Positions 10,426 to 24,699 of a DNA stretch of 64,000 bases are shown piece by piece. The notes beneath the pieces are model-generated. The model was not told the DNA's origin, did no database searches, and was given only the letters and a program-made list of their open reading frames with translations. The stretch's first letter is position 1. Every line of letters starts with the position of its first letter. Origin of the DNA: Leucoraja ocellata (taxonomy: Eukaryota); NCBI GenBank assembly GCA_036785375.1, contig JAWMAR010000054.1, forward strand, positions 4,588,001-4,652,000. The letters run 5' to 3'. A program made the position numbers and the translations under genes.

Positions 10426-11680
10426 ATTGTACGATAATTCATGGAGTATTTGCAGTTACAAATTTTCCTTTCAGTGCCCTGTAGCACTCATTTACCTCCA
10501 GCACATTAAGTTCATCTGCCACTTTTAGGCTCTCTAGGATGGGGATAGGTGGCATGAAGGAGTCAGAGTGAAGGGAACATGGAAGGATGAGGTGTGGAAG
10601 GTTCAAGAGAGGTCCTGGGCTGTCATCAGACGTCCATCTACTCCTCCCAGCCAATATAAGAACCTTAAACATTTAAAATGTGATCCTTATTTGTGGAGTT
10701 TCTCCCAGACCAAGACAATTCCCTGAATGTATATCAGACATGGGAACTGAAAATGCCTCTGCTCTAATCCTTCCATTTATAATCACAAATGATGTTGCAT
10801 TTACATTATTGGACCCCATCTGTATAATTAAGATATGCCTCATGTCAGTAGGTACTCTGCTAGCTTCCTTCAATGAATAGGGTAACATGGGGACACGAGG
10901 GAAAGAAGCAGTGTAGAGGTGTAACTGGTACCGTTACGCCTCAACACACTCACATCCTCGCCACACCCCACAGTAACTTGTGGCATCTGTGACATCCTTA
11001 AATGAAACGGTACAATGAACTAGTTATTAACAGAGATACCAGTACTTACCTTATATTTAATTAAACACAAACGTATTCAATGTCTTTGTCTGTTTGGCTG
11101 CAAAACTCTTCACGACAAATGGTACATAACATCTCTGATGTGTGTGGTGCAGGCATTAGAGATCCCAGCAAATCACCTCTATAACCAGGACTCATTTGCA
11201 TTTGGTCTCACCTCCTTTTCTATCATCGTTGCGAAAACATAATTATCTCCATAAATTTGAACAGGGTGCATTACACAATTTACATAATAATTTCAATAAT
11301 TCCATTTGGCACTAAGTTATTTGCTTAATACTGTGAATACAGTCTCTATTTTGGTTGCTTTTTAGCACTTTCTGTCCATTTCTTGTTTTGGACGTTGGTC
11401 TTCCTTCCTTCTTCTTTTCCCATTCCCAAACAGTGCATCACTTTTTTAATTCTGTACCTTTTTGACATGCATTGAATCTATTGCTTTCCTTTCTGAGCCA
11501 AGTAGCTCAGCCTCCTCCAGAACACCCTATCTACATGTCTGCTTTGCGTTGGTTACAACACACTGAGATGACCAATAATCCACTGGTTGTGTGGGGCTTC
11601 ATCTTCCAGGATGAGAATGAAACTCCTCAGCTTCATCTCACTTGTTACTTCTTCCATATGATCTGCATAACAAGTGTTCT

Positions 11681-11682
<2 letters not shown>

Positions 11683-11731
<49 letters not shown>
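11683..11731. repeat. (AT)n microsatellite
   Basis: Perfect AT run of about 24 units. Confidence 0.95.
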
Positions 11732-11734
<3 letters not shown>

Positions 11735-11807
11735 AGACTTGCTTTCTCTCTTTCACAGTTCCGACAAAGGTTCTGGACCTGAAATATTAATTGTTGTTCA
11801 TTCTATA

Positions 11808-13310
11808 ATCATAGAGTCATAGTCATACAGCATTGAAACAGGCCCTTCAGATCAACTTGCCCACGTGGACGAAGATGCCCCATCTAAACTAGTCCGACCT
11901 GCCTATTTTTGGCCCATATCTTTCTAACCCTTTCCCATCCATGTACCTGTCCTTATGTCTTTTAAATGCTGTTATAGTATCGGCCTCAACTACCTCCTCA
12001 GGCAGCTCATTCCATATACCCACCACCCTTTGTGTTCAAAGGTTCTCCCTCAGGTTCTTATTAACTTTTCTTTCCCCTCTCACCTTAAACCTACGTGCTC
12101 TGGTTTTTGATTCCCCTAATATGGGTAAAAGACTCTATGACTGCATTCATCCTATCTATCCCTCTCATGATTTTATATACCTCTATAAGATTGCCCCTCA
12201 GCCACCTGTGCTCCAAGGAGTAAAGTCCTAGCTTGCTCAACCTCTTCTGGTAGCTCAGGCCCTCATGCCCCGGCAACATCCCTGTAAACCTTCTCTGCAC
12301 TCTGTCACAATACTTCAAATTCCACCTGACGTCTTACACAATTGTAACACAATATCCCAACTTCCATACTCAATGCCGTGACTGATAAAGGCCGATGTAC
12401 TGAAAGCCTTCTTGACCACTCTACATACATGTGATGCCACTTTCAGGGAACTATGTATCTGCCCTCCTATATCTGTCTGTCCGACAACACTCCTCAGAGC
12501 CCTGCCATTCACTGTGAAGGTCTATCCATAGTTTTGACTTCCCCAAATGCAACAGCTTGCGAATGCATTAAACCTCATCAACCATTCCTCAACTCACTTG
12601 CCCATCTGATAAAGATCTTGTTGCTATTTTTGGTAACCATCTTCGCTCTCTATGATACCATTCACTTTAGTGTCATCTGCAAACTTAATAATCATGCCTT
12701 GTACATTCTCATCCAAATCGCTGATATAAACCACCAACAGCAATGGGCCCAGCACCAATCCCCGAGGTACAGCTTTAATCACAGGCCTGCAGAATGTTAA
12801 ACAACCTTCCAGCATCACTCTCTGCTTACTTCCACAAAGCCAAATCCCTAAGCAGTCGGTTAGCTCTCCCTGGAACCCGTGTAATAAGTATGCTCCTTAG
12901 TTCCTGAAACCCCTTCAGGGATACACTTGATCCCAGCTGTTTATATCTGTTTTTCCTTTTTCTTTTTCCTGACCAGAGTCTCAATTTCTCTCATTGTCCA
13001 AGTTTCCTTACTTCCACCTGCCTTCCCATTCCCCTTCCCTCCACAGGACCATGTATGTCCTGAACTCTTGTCATCACACATTTAAAAGCATCCCACGATA
13101 CTTTTCCTGCACGCAACCTACTTCAATCAATTTGAGGATCTTCCTGCCCAATATCATCATAGTTGGCCTTGCCCCAATACAGAATTTTAACTATGGTACT
13201 CGCCCTGTCTTTATCCACAACTATTTAAAAGCAAATAGAACTGTAGTCGCTACTCCCAAAAGGCTCACCTATGGACACTTCACTCACTTGCCTTTCCCAA
13301 TTTCCTAAGA
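11808..13310 (-). mobile_element. Degraded CR1 LINE
   Basis: ORFs with VPRGLVLGPLLLVVYISDLD..KFADDTK and LGLYSLEHRWLRGNLIEVYKIMRG; (catagagt) tail at 11809-11826. Confidence 0.85.
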
Positions 13311-13464
13311 GTAGAAAGTGGGAGGCGTTACAAGATTTTGTAAAGGGTAGGCATACGCAATCAGTAAACTTTTCTAATTGAAGGAAATCTTACCTAGATT
13401 CCACGTGCTATCACACTTCATCTTGTATTTCAATAATAAAATACAACCTTGACCTCTATGTTTA

Positions 13465-13600
13465 CGAAGGAACTGCAGATGCTGGAAAAATCAAAGGTAG
13501 ACAAAAATGCTGGAGATACTCAGTGGATGAGGCAGCATCTATGGAGTTCCATAGATGCTGCCTCATCCACTGAGTTTCTCCAGCATTTTTGTCTACCTTG
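13465..13600. repeat. Inverted (palindromic) Penelope pLTR-derived repeat
   Basis: Arms ggtagacaaaaatgctggaga..gcagcatctatgga and ccatagatgctgc..ctccagcatttttgtctacc are reverse complements. Confidence 0.75.
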
Positions 13601-13749
13601 ATCTCTATACTCAGCAAGAGTCACTTCAAGGTTTCCAGCAAAAATATTCTTAAACACATGCCGCTTACTTCCTACATGATGCACGATAAACATGTAAATA
13701 ATTAAGGGTCCTTTTTAAAAAGCACAGATTTAAAGTGGGGGATGAGAAT

Positions 13750-13810
13750 GGGGGGGGGGGGGGGGGGGGTGGGGAGGGGAAGGTGGGAGGGTGGGGGGGT
13801 GGGGAGGGAT
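13750..13810. repeat. Poly-G / G-rich tract
   Basis: A G run of about 20 followed by further G runs; source of the proline-rich pseudo-ORFs. Confidence 0.85.
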
Positions 13811-15979
13811 AGGTGAAGGCTTGTTTTTCATGTTTTTCAGATCTTGAATCCCCTGTGTGTGACACAAACTGCGTGTCGGATACTCATGCATAGTCCAATT
13901 TGACAGAATTAGCACAACATGAGGATTGCAGTCACCACTGCCTCTTCAGTATTCAGCATTCTAATATACATGTTGTCTATGCAATTCAACGTAGTAAAGT
14001 TAGCAAAGCAAACTAAAAAGCTGTCACCACGATATTCTGTAAAATTCCACACAGATCAAACAATGTTGGCAGCAATGCAAAACAAATAACAACTCACCAA
14101 CAGGATTCTTTAAATGTTTAGCATTTTCACCTTGTAACTGATTGGCCCTTATTCATTACCAACTGAATATTCTTGCCTTCATTAGTTTGTGTACGTGGCA
14201 CAGCCTGGACCTGTAGACATCACTGCAGAAACTAAACGCTTGAACCATGACCTATTTCAATTCCAAATCAGGCACAAAATGTTCGACTGTAGCACACAGT
14301 CCATTGAACGGAGGAGGGGGCCTCATTAATTCAGGTGCAGCATTGTTTTATAAGGACAAGAGAGTAAAACTAGTAAAAACGCAAGATATTATTCTGTCAT
14401 GGTGGGTTACAATCATGGACCTAACATTTTAATAGATCACCTTGTTGCATTATTTATGAAATGTTAATGACATTTTGTGCAGGATGTAATATATGCAATT
14501 AAAACGAAGCCATTACCTCTTGAGAGATACAAGATATTGCAGATGCTGGAATCCTGTGCAAAACACAACGTGCTTGAGGAATCCAATGTTGCGTAGCATT
14601 CGAGGAGAGATTGGATAGGTGAGAAGGGTCCTGACCCAAAAAGTTACCTATCCATTCTAGTCCCAGATGCTGCCTGATCAGAGTTCCCCCCTCACCTCGA
14701 GTTGTTCTGGTCCATTAAGACAAGCCAAGACAGTGATGTATGGCTCTGCTGCAGAATTTTATTGTACTTGTGTCTGCATCAGCCATCCCAGAACTGGAGC
14801 GAAAGCAAGTCAACTTCAACCCCAAGGGATTGTTTAAGAGGATGAGTACATTTGAGACTAAAACATTGATGTATGTCATGAAAAACAAAGGACCTGGTAT
14901 GCAATATTGCTAACGGCCTCCTAGTCAATCACATTTCCCAAAAACCATTAATATTTTTCGCCCGACCCTGAGCTACTTTGGGTTTTACTTGCCATTTTCC
15001 TCAAATTCTATAACTTAAAAAAAATTTCTGATGAGTGATTCCCACTAGAATTTCCCAATTACCTTGCTAATGCTAAACTATGCCAAATGCACTGCCCTCA
15101 TCAACCCTCCTTGTGACCTCCCTAAATAATTCAATTCAGTAATGAATTTCCCTTAACAATGCTATGTTGCCTCGCCAACATTGCCTTCCATGTTTATTAT
15201 GACATTTCTTAACATTCCTCACCTTGCATCTTAATTGTTTCTAATGTTTCACATCTTCCTTCTTAACCCCCCTTAATCCCCACTCTTTTGTGAAGACAGA
15301 CTTTTGGTTGAATGACCCATGTCTTTGACTTCCACAATCAGGATTTTTTGGTCATTGATGGATCCTTTTTCCTTTCCTTGTTCTTCTCTTTCCTTTTTAT
15401 GTTTTCATAAAACCTCCCTCAGGCTTTCTTGATTTTACTTGCTACTATTATTACATGCACCCTTTTTGTCTCTCGGTTTCTCTTCCCGCAGATGTTGGCT
15501 GACCAACAAATGTTTCCAGCCTTTTCTATTTTTATTTTACACCTTCAGCATCTGTGTTTTTATTTTTTTATTTTTACCCTCTTTGTTTTCCTAGTTTCCT
15601 CTTTAATATTACCACTGAACTTTCAGCATCAAGGCTTCCTGCAGTATCAAGCTCTCAGTATCTGTTATAATGTTCCCTTTAGTGCCTATCTGCGCTGGGC
15701 AACCTTCGAGAAGGCTTGATTTGGAGCCCCTAGTTTTTTTCTTATTGGGAACATACTTGGTCTCTTTAAATACCTCCTACTGCTGAGATATTGGCTGTTG
15801 TTATTCCTGCTGCACTTCTGCAAACTTCTATCTCAAATATAATCTGAGTATGACACTTGCGACATGACAGGGGGGAAATATGTGTTGGATTATAGTACAC
15901 AGAATAAAGGTATATTTCAATTTCAGGACGAATATTGGAGATGATCTTGTGCTCACATATTACCCGAAGAATTTTTTTC

Positions 15980-16265
15980 GTAGGAAGGTGTTTTTCGGAC
16001 TGGAGCCTGTAACTAGTGGTATGCCTCAGGGTTTGGTGCTGGACCCAATGGTGTTTGTCATCTATATCAATGATGCGGATGAGAATGTACAAGACATGAT
16101 CAGCAAGTTTGCTGATGACACTAAAGTGGATGGTATTTTGGATAGTGAAGATAGTCATAGAGTGATACAGTGTGGAAACAGGCCCTTCAGCCCAACTTAC
16201 CCACACTGGCCAACATGTCAAAAATTGCAACATGATCTTGAACGGTTGGTCAATGTCAAGAGATT
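15980..16265 (+). mobile_element. CR1 RT fragment with a short inverted CR1 tail insert
   Basis: VTSGMPQGLVLDPMVFVIYIND..SKFADDTKV. Confidence 0.8.
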
Positions 16266-16959
16266 GGGAGCATTTTTAGGATACATGTCATCAAAACGAG
16301 ATTTAAGCATTAGAAACATCAGCAAAGATAATTCTCGAAAATAGAGGAATAACTGTAAGATACTTGCAAATTGAGATTTATATTTTCAAATATGAATAAA
16401 TTAAGTATATTACTTAAGAGAAAACAAACAAAACACAAACAAATGATCCGAAAACAATATAAAATCTGAAGAAGGGTCCCGACCCTAAAAGTCACCTATC
16501 CATTTTCTCCGAAGATGCTACCTGATGGTTAATCCGAAGATGTTAACCAGCATTTAGTGCCTATCTTTCATATAAACCTGTATCTGCTGTTCCTTTTTTT
16601 ATTACAAACACAATTATGCTCAGCTTCAGAGTCTTCTCTCAGCTGTAAATATCTCATCTAAAGTTGTAAAATTGTGACAATCTTTATCTATGAAAAATAA
16701 TTGCTGTTTTGTGCAACATGTTAGATCCTGAGGAGCTAAGATAACAATGGTGACATCAAGGAGGGTAGGTGATCCAGAACATAGAATGACAGAAGCAAAA
16801 CTGATTAGTAGTCAAGGTCTGTTTGATTATGGTTGAAAAGTTTAAAGGTGTCCCTAGGAAAGTAAATGAATGTTGCAAATCCATGACGTTGCCAAGAGTA
16901 CTTGGTCTCCACCATAACCATTATTTTTATACGTGAACTTAAATATGGGTATTTCAGAA

Positions 16960-17690
16960 AATCAGAATCAGATTTTATTCACTAAGTATGTTTTGCAACA
17001 TACGAGGAATTTCACTGGCCATGTCAGTCATACAATTAAAAGCAACAGACTCAAAAACACATTTTAAAATGAACATCCACAACAGTGACTCCTACACATT
17101 CCTCACTGTGATGGAAGGCGAAATAAAGTTCAAGACCTTCCTTTTGTTCTTCCTCGATCGGGGGCCTCGAGCCCCCTGTTGACGGGACAGTTTTGACTCC
17201 CGTAGTCAACGGCATTTGGGCCCTCTGCGTCGAGGCGTTCAGCTCCTGCACCGGGGGTTGTCAGCTCCCCCGCGCTGGGCGATCAAACCTCGCGTCGGGG
17301 CTGGTTGAACCTTCTGTGGCGTTGGAGCTCACGACTAGCCTCTCCCAAGACTGCATGCCCTTGATAGTAAGTCTGCAGGCCGTGGTGGGAGCGATCGCAG
17401 GCAAGGGATCCTCTCCGATGTTAAGTCCGTGCCCTGCGGTGGGGCTCACGACAGTCCGAGGCGGCTTCCAGCTCCATCGATGGTAGGCCGCAGAGCCCGG
17501 AGAATGTGATCCAAAAATCAATCACATCTCCAGGAAGGTAATAACTTGAAAAAAAGTTTCTCCCGATCCCCCCTCCCCCCCCCCGAAATAAACCAAACCA
17601 AAGTACATTAAAACAAAGTCTTAACAGACGCTAAAAATAACAAAAGTTGAAAAAACGAACGGACTGCCAGCGGGGTTGGCCATCTCCCCT
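16960..17690 (-). mobile_element. GC-rich interspersed repeat with an (ctgatt)n tail, probably a Rex-type LINE 3' UTR or derivative
   Basis: agaatcagaatcag tail plus tttatt on the + strand, and an abrupt GC-rich block in AT-rich surroundings. Confidence 0.45.
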
Positions 17691-18451
17691 GTTGATACTA
17701 CAATTGATTGCTTTTGATGGTATTGGCTTAAGAAAGGTTTTTGGGAATTAAGATTGAGCAACAACACCGTGGTCATTTGTGCTCACCTGAACGACCAGAA
17801 TAGGAATTTTATTTCATATTTCATCCCGAAAATATGACATTTCCAGCAATGCAGCAAATCATTACAACAAATATTTGTCAGATTAGCTAATATGTTCATA
17901 ACCTGCTGACCAAATGTGAGCGCACTATCAGACATTAAAAAAGAGCAGAACTTATACAAATGTTGCAAATACTCCATAATTAATCACAATATTGGAATTT
18001 AATTTATTTTTCAAAGGGATGATAGAGGGTTAACCAATAGTCTGCATTGGAATAAAACCTTTCTCAACTATTCATTGGTCTCTCTTACGCCCTGTGAATT
18101 AATACCGAATCATTTTCAGAGCTTTGTTCTCGCTGATGCAATTAATTCACAGCCAATGCCTTCAGGAAGGCAACTTTGTCCACACAAAGGCTTGCATGAC
18201 CCAACTATAATATCTGTAATTAACTTCATTACTTTGTTGTAACATTTTTGACAAATAATGTTTTTCATTCTGCTATGTTTTAAACTATTAGCATAGAAAT
18301 GGACATATTATGAGCGCTATGCAAATTGTACACTTTGGGCACCAGCTGTGAATGCACATTGTTCAGTGAAGTGCGTCTTTGAATAATATTGCAATATTCA
18401 TTCACACTCCAATATTATCCAACAACACTAAATGATGTCAATGAATGATCA

Positions 18452-18480
18452 GTGTGTGTGTGTGTGTGTGTTTGTGTGTG
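18452..18480. repeat. (GT)n microsatellite
   Basis: Direct inspection. Confidence 0.9.
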
Positions 18481-19355
18481 CATGTGTCTAGCCACGTGCA
18501 AACCAGTGCCTTCCATGTTACTATTTCATGCTTCCTTTAAGGTTGCTACAAGATGTTCGTAGTGAGTTAAAGTGCCAAAGAAAATGATAAAAATCTGCCT
18601 TAACTCTGGTAACTGCTCATTATTTTAGTTTCAGATACATTTCCAAAAGTAGTAGAAATTTGGATGCAATCATGAATAAATGGTGCACTATGATGCCGCA
18701 TGTTTGCCAAAAAGATGAAATTTAAAAAAAAAATGAAAATGGCACTTTTCCATTGAAAATCAGAAAACCACAGAAGAGGGAATTTTCCATAATGCAGCCA
18801 ATACTGCTGTAAGTCAATTGTCTGTAACTCTGCACGATCTTCCTCTCTCCAAGAGTCTGGCTCCAACCTTCTGAGCTTTTTGGCATTTCTGTATTTTACA
18901 GCTTTAATGCTCATTTTTCTGTGCTCTCTAACTTCCCTTATTTAACATCACTTATGTTCTTATGTTTGTAAGATCTTTCTATAACTGTCTTTTGTATCCT
19001 ATCAAGCACTTACCTTCATTCACAGATTACCCCCAATGCATTATTGGCCTCACCTGATTAGAGTCATTCCCTTTATCCTGCCCACCCCTTCTCAATTCTC
19101 TCTGCAACATAAAATTAACTTGTTTTCGCCCCTTGTTCTTCAACCTGAATTGTTTATTGAGCTTTTCTTTCGACATATGGTGCTTGACCTGCCTTTATTT
19201 CCAGCATTATCCGTTTGGGATACCTCACCAACCTCAAGGTATCTCGTAATTGTTGATGAAATAGTTTTCAGGTCAGCAATGCAACATAAGAAACTCAAAA
19301 GCCAATTAAACATAAAGACCCATCTCACCGGTGACCGGATAATTTGTTCATTTAG

Positions 19356-19450
19356 CGGCACAGTGTCACAGCGGTAGAGTTGCTGCCTCACATCGCCAGA
19401 GACCCGGGTTCGACCCTGACCCGGGTGCTGTCTGTACGGAATTTGTAAAT
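19356..19450 (+). mobile_element. tRNA-derived SINE head (HE1/V-SINE-like), truncated
   Basis: ggcacagtgtcacagcggtagagttgctgcctcac..gacccgggttcgaccctgac, with A-box- and B-box-like motifs. Confidence 0.7.
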
Positions 19451-20166
19451 TCCCCTGGTCTTATTTGAACGAGTAACAGTGGTAGTATTTACAATTGTAA
19501 AACTTTAAGATTTTCATAAAAACATATCCGGTTGTATGTTATTATCTCAACCCGAAACGTCACCTATTCCTTCACTCCATAGATGCTGCCTCACCCGCTG
19601 AGTTTCTCTAGCGTTGTTGTCTACCTCCAGTTGTAAGATGACCGTCAAGGAAGAAAATCTATTATATTTTCTCGCTGCGACATTTGACCCTAGGGCAACA
19701 ACAATTCGATTTCTCTTAAAAGGTCTATCAAGCTATTAAATTGTATCAGAACCACCATGTAAGAAAAAAAGACGGATAATGTGACATCTGCCTAGACTTC
19801 ATATTTGCACATGACAATGCTTCTTACAGATGAAGATGGAATAGTTGATTGTCAGACTGCGTCTCTGGTAGGCGGTGAGTGAATTAGGGATTAATCATAA
19901 GGGATTAATCATCTTCAAAATTGAAGACCTATACTATCTGCTCCAACAACATTTAATTCCATCACAATCTCATAACTTCATGATTCATCATATCACTATT
20001 TCTGTCATTACTATTAGCCAGCAGGCCAACCATGCCTCAATGAAAGTGTACAAGGGCATAGCTAATAATGAGGCACCAACCTTTTGAACCAGCAGAATTT
20101 GACGACCTGAGCTAAGCAGCAAAAGCATACAATAGACAGCACCAAATACCAGGTTCAGAGTTAATA

Positions 20167-20360
20167 CAGTGCATTCAGTAGGTTTTCAGACCCCTTCACT
20201 TTTTCCACATTTTGTTATGTCACAGCCTTATTTTAAAATGGATTAAATCCATTTGTTTTATCATCAATCTACACACAATACCCCAGAATGAAGAAGCGAA
20301 AATAGATGATTAGAAATGTTTGCAAAGGAATTAAAAATAAATAACTGAAATATCACATAA
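20167..20360 (+). mobile_element. Solo left TIR of the Tc1 family seen at 37847
   Basis: TA + cagtgcattcag..ttcagaccccttcactttttccac..; closely matches 37847-38040. Confidence 0.85.
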
Positions 20361-20399
20361 ATAGGGAGCTGGGAAATATCAATGGGATTAAAATCTTTA

Positions 20400-21560
20400 A
20401 ACATGAATAAATGATGAAGCCGAGATAAAATGTATCCAAGGTGTTGCAAAATGCAAGGGTGGAAAGGGCATGATGCCTGCGGATTGGAATTTTAATAACA
20501 TGCTTATTTTATTTAATAAGATAGAAAAGGTTGGAACTGAGTAATCGTAAGTCATTCATCAAATTATTGAAATAATTCTGAGGGCTTGTATAATTTCTTG
20601 TTTGGAAATTCTCAGATTAATCAAAACCATAGATTTGAGGGGCCGTTGAAGGCAGTGTTTTGGATTTAGCAAGGTGTTTCCCAATTCAGAAAAACATAAG
20701 ACGCCAATGGAATCATTGGGAAAATGGAAAGTTGGATCTAATATGAATTCAATGTCAGGAAGCATGTAATCATGGTAAGACAGATTTTTAATGTTTGGCA
20801 GGATGTATACAGTGCATCGAGCTTAGTGTTAAGTGTTAAGGCATATATCAAATTATTCTAATCTAAATGTCGGGGGTATTATTACGAAGTTTGCAGAAGA
20901 GGTAAAAATTGTCTGTGTTTAAAGTAAGAAACAAGGCTGTAAACTTCAGGAATTATCAGTGGGCTGTTTAGGTGAAATGCAATAGATGGGCTTCAGTCTG
21001 AAGTATTGCGAGGTAGTCATCCTGAGGAGATGCAAGGTAATGTAACATTCAATATGAATAGTAGGATAATGAAAAGTGTTGAGGAGCACAGAGAGACTAC
21101 TTTTCATATACACAAATATCTATAGTTAGGACAGCAGATAAAAGCAGTAAGAAGGCAAATGTGTTAGTTCCCTTTATCTGTCAAGCCACAGAATACTGTG
21201 AGTGCTGCCATGCTTGCACTGTGCAAAACCCTTGGAGGAGTACACCTAGATTACTGCGTACAGTTGCGGTCACTACTTTGCAGGAAGAAGATAGCACTAG
21301 ACTGTTTACAAATTAGATTTACCATGGCGTTACCTAAACAGGAGAAGTTTGGCGGAGGAAAGAACCACTAAGCGGGAGTTGCTTTCCTTGAAACAGGGGA
21401 GGCTGAGAGGAGATGTAATTGTGTATCAAATGATGAGAGATCAGGATAAGGATGGAAAGGATTTCACTGTCTGGAAAGGTGCTGGTGCACATTTAAAACG
21501 TACACGGATGAGCACTTGAAGAACAGTCATTCATGGGGGGTCAATAACCAAGTACCGGGA
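20400..21560 (+). mobile_element. Highly degraded CR1 LINE
   Basis: Scattered CR1 ORF2 remnants, e.g. cacctagattactgcgtacagttgcggtcac and ggaggctgagaggagatgtaatt. Confidence 0.55.
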
Positions 21561-22549
21561 TGAGGCTTAACAGTTGATCTTAGCTAGTACACACATGATC
21601 ACAATGCCATTAGTGAAAATAAAAGGCTCCAGATGAACGGGCGAGCCGGCGTCAACAGAGAGCGGAGACAAGACAAACCATGTTGTGCTGACCCCGAACT
21701 CATCAGTTGCCTCCTCCATTCATCCGTCAGGTAGATTCAGAATTTCATACTGGGTATTGGCTGTAAGGAATCTCTCGATTGTATTAAGTGACAAATTAAC
21801 CGTCCCACTGCCCACGTATCAATCTGCATTTATATTTGTTGATGTCGCGACGCTGTTGAGGCAAATAAACAGATAATGGTCGGACGTAACTGCTGGCTCG
21901 CTTGGTGGCGCTAATTTGTCAGTCAGGAAAAACACCTAAATCCTATTTTTTAACTCTTTAAACCCGATTTATTGAAGAAATATGTTAGGAATATTGAGAT
22001 AACCTTCATTCTAAACTATATATTCAGATTGTAATTTTAAGAGTTAAATAATCACCCACTTTCGAGATTCTTAGAATTAATAACTTAAACAAAGTGATTA
22101 GGATTTTAAGTTTAAGAAGGAATTGAAGATGCTGGAAAATCGAAGGTAGACAAAAATGCTGGAGATTGCAAAGCTCCCCATATATACAACAAAGGCGGGT
22201 TTTCTTCCGGCAGCTTCAAGGGTTAAATCATAGTCGAGATAAATAATTTATTTCTATTCCATTTCAAGGTTACATTTTCAGCCTTTGTCCCGAATCGAGA
22301 CACTACGTTTGAGCCTATGATAGATGCTCGAGAAATATCAACAGTCACCAATTTATTCACCTTAAACGTCCTACAGAAGTTGTATTGCTTTTAAATGAAA
22401 GTGAAATAACACTGTAGGAAAATTCATTCGAAATTGCTTAAGACTTTAGATAGTTTTTAACGTCTTTACTAGAATTGGATTAATTCGATTTACCTTAAAA
22501 TAGAAAAAATAATTGGACTAAATGAATGAAGCCAAGAAAAAGTACTTAC

Positions 22550-22707
22550 ATGGTTTGGGGCAATCCATATAGACGTTTGTCCTCAGCTACTGGGTTGTGA
22601 TAATGCGAGCCCAGATCTCCGTTCTCCTCCTTCCAGTCTCGTCGAGTTTCTTCTTCATGAAAGGACACAGTTGTCTGAACCTGGCTTCTTTTACCTTCTT
22701 CTGACAT
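22550..22707 (-). CDS. Candidate first coding exon of an unidentified host gene
   Basis: ATG-initiated open frame of 52 codons + 2 nt (MSEEGKRSQVQTTVSFHEEETRRDWKEENGDLGSHYHNPVAEDKRLYGLPQT) ending at a consensus donor AT|GTAAGT. Unique, CpG-enriched context with a TATA-like (TA)n run upstream. Confidence 0.55.
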
Positions 22708-24699
22708 TCAGGCGAATAGTTGTTCGCGCCGGTATATATATATAGAAAGTGGATTTAATAATGTCTGGGTGGCCCTCCGCGGCTCATTGTCTGTCGACTG
22801 CTGCAGTGGGATTCCGTCTGATGCCCGGGCGAAATGCTCGTGGGACTGGTACAGATTCACCAGGGAGAGTGACACTGGCCAACCTACCACAGTTCTTATG
22901 AAGCAACCCCCCTCCCCCCTCCTCTGACACCAAGAGCTTCGTGTGAGACACAGTGATGCAGCAGAAACATATGGTCGGTCACCCGTTGAACAGCGTACAC
23001 ACAGACTCGCTTCTCTCAGCTGAAAGTTAAAGCATCGAGCAGGTGGGGTTGGGAAATGGTCAGACGGTCAAACGCATCAAGCATTGATAGCGCCTGAAAT
23101 CTCAACACAAATCTCTCTGATTTATCTATCTATCTATCTATCCCCAGCCTGCTGGAGTCGGGGGGAGGGGAATTTCCCTGGAAAAGGACAAGTTGTGAAT
23201 TCAAATATGTTAAATCAGTTATTAACAACTCTTCTGAAATTAGACTCGGGGTTTTCCAGGTTTCTTAGAATTCACTGCTAAAACCAGGGAAAGGTCACAT
23301 AATCAGTGAAATAGAGTGGGGGGAAGGCTTGTTGGCGAGTTGATAACTATCCCGGAAACACAAAGAAGTGCAGATGCTGCAATCTTGAGCAAAACACAAA
23401 GTGCTGGAGGGACTCGGCGGTTCAGGCAGTAACTGCGAAGGGAATGGATATGCGATGTTTTCGGGTCGGGATCCTTCTCCAAGCCTCGTTCTTGCTTTCT
23501 TAAGTACCAGCGTGAAAGACGTTGCGATTGTGTTGGTACTTGCATGGGGGAAATTTAGAAGAAATGTTGAAGAAAAAGTGCTACTTTGGCGAAGGTTTCG
23601 ACACTTGGCGTCCATCCGCGACACACTTTGCAGACCCAATTACTGCACATTGGGTCTACAGGTAGAGTATTAGTTTCCTGATATTGCATATGATAAACAT
23701 CTGACGATGTTCAAGTATCAATGCCATTCTGCTACAGAACTTTGCAGACTTTGGACAAGCTCTACTAGTGGCTGTGAAAGTGCCTATCATTATCAATCCT
23801 TCTTGAGATTCCTGCTCTGCTGGAAACGACTGCAATCTGATGCCCAAAATGCGACAGTCCCTTGGCAGTTGCCTTCTTTTCAAGTGCTGGGAGTTCTATC
23901 AGTAATCCATTCAAAAATAAGCCTGTCTTGTTGTCGTGACATCGCACAGGTTCAGGGTGTGTGCAATTCTCCAGGCACTCCAACCCACTCAGAAGTGTTC
24001 AGTCATTTCAAAGAATTCCACACTATTAGAGTACTGGTGATCGGCAAGAAGAGGCATGTGCGGGATCAGCGGCAGCGCTGACTAAATAGCTGTTGATCAT
24101 GACTACAAGTAGGAGGAAGAATGTCGCACAAGGATGTGGTTACACATCTGTGCTGGCGGAACAGACGGGGATGTGAGAAGCTAGCTGCTAAATATCTAAG
24201 CAGTGATATGCTGCTGTAGAGCTCAGAGAGAGTATAACATAATAACATAGGAGCAAATGTAGGCCCCTCAAGTAATTCATTGGTCAATATGATCAATGCT
24301 GACCTACCCAGGCCCCTTCTGTGCCCATCACACTTAAATCACCAATCATTCAAAAAAAAAAAAATCTACCTCCTCTTTAAATGCCTCCATAATCTTCTGG
24401 GGTAGAGAATTCCGGAGGTTCACCACCATTTATGATAAAGAGGTTTCTGCACACATCAGCTTTAAATGACTGGCCCTAGAAGGGGCCACAAAATGTCCTT
24501 AGCAAGTAGAATCTTGTAACTATGGGTTATTACTATGTGTAATGTGTAATAGATGGGATGAACGTACATATCAGAATGTAGGTGAATGAATCACTACACC
24601 TATCTGCCCTATTCTGATGAGATTGATAAACTGCATGTGGCACTGAATTTGGTAGGGGAGTATAGTTCTACTGCTGACTTTAATTTAGTTTAGTTTAGA

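Noticed and set aside
10439-10888. Two adjacent minus-strand ORFs (77 and 71 aa)
   Set aside because: No recognisable domain and no convincing splice signals.
11346-11663. Possible minus-strand terminal exon (ttatgcag acceptor near 11663)
   Set aside because: Stops in all frames within about 110 nt and no homology recognised; could be non-coding.
14092-14165. Minus-strand AG..GTGAGT exon-like segment
   Set aside because: Stop codons in all three frames from the best acceptor.
19140-19391. Hydrophobic ORF (WVFMFNWLLSFLCC) as a second exon of the 22707 gene
   Set aside because: Begins inside a SINE and lacks a good splice acceptor.
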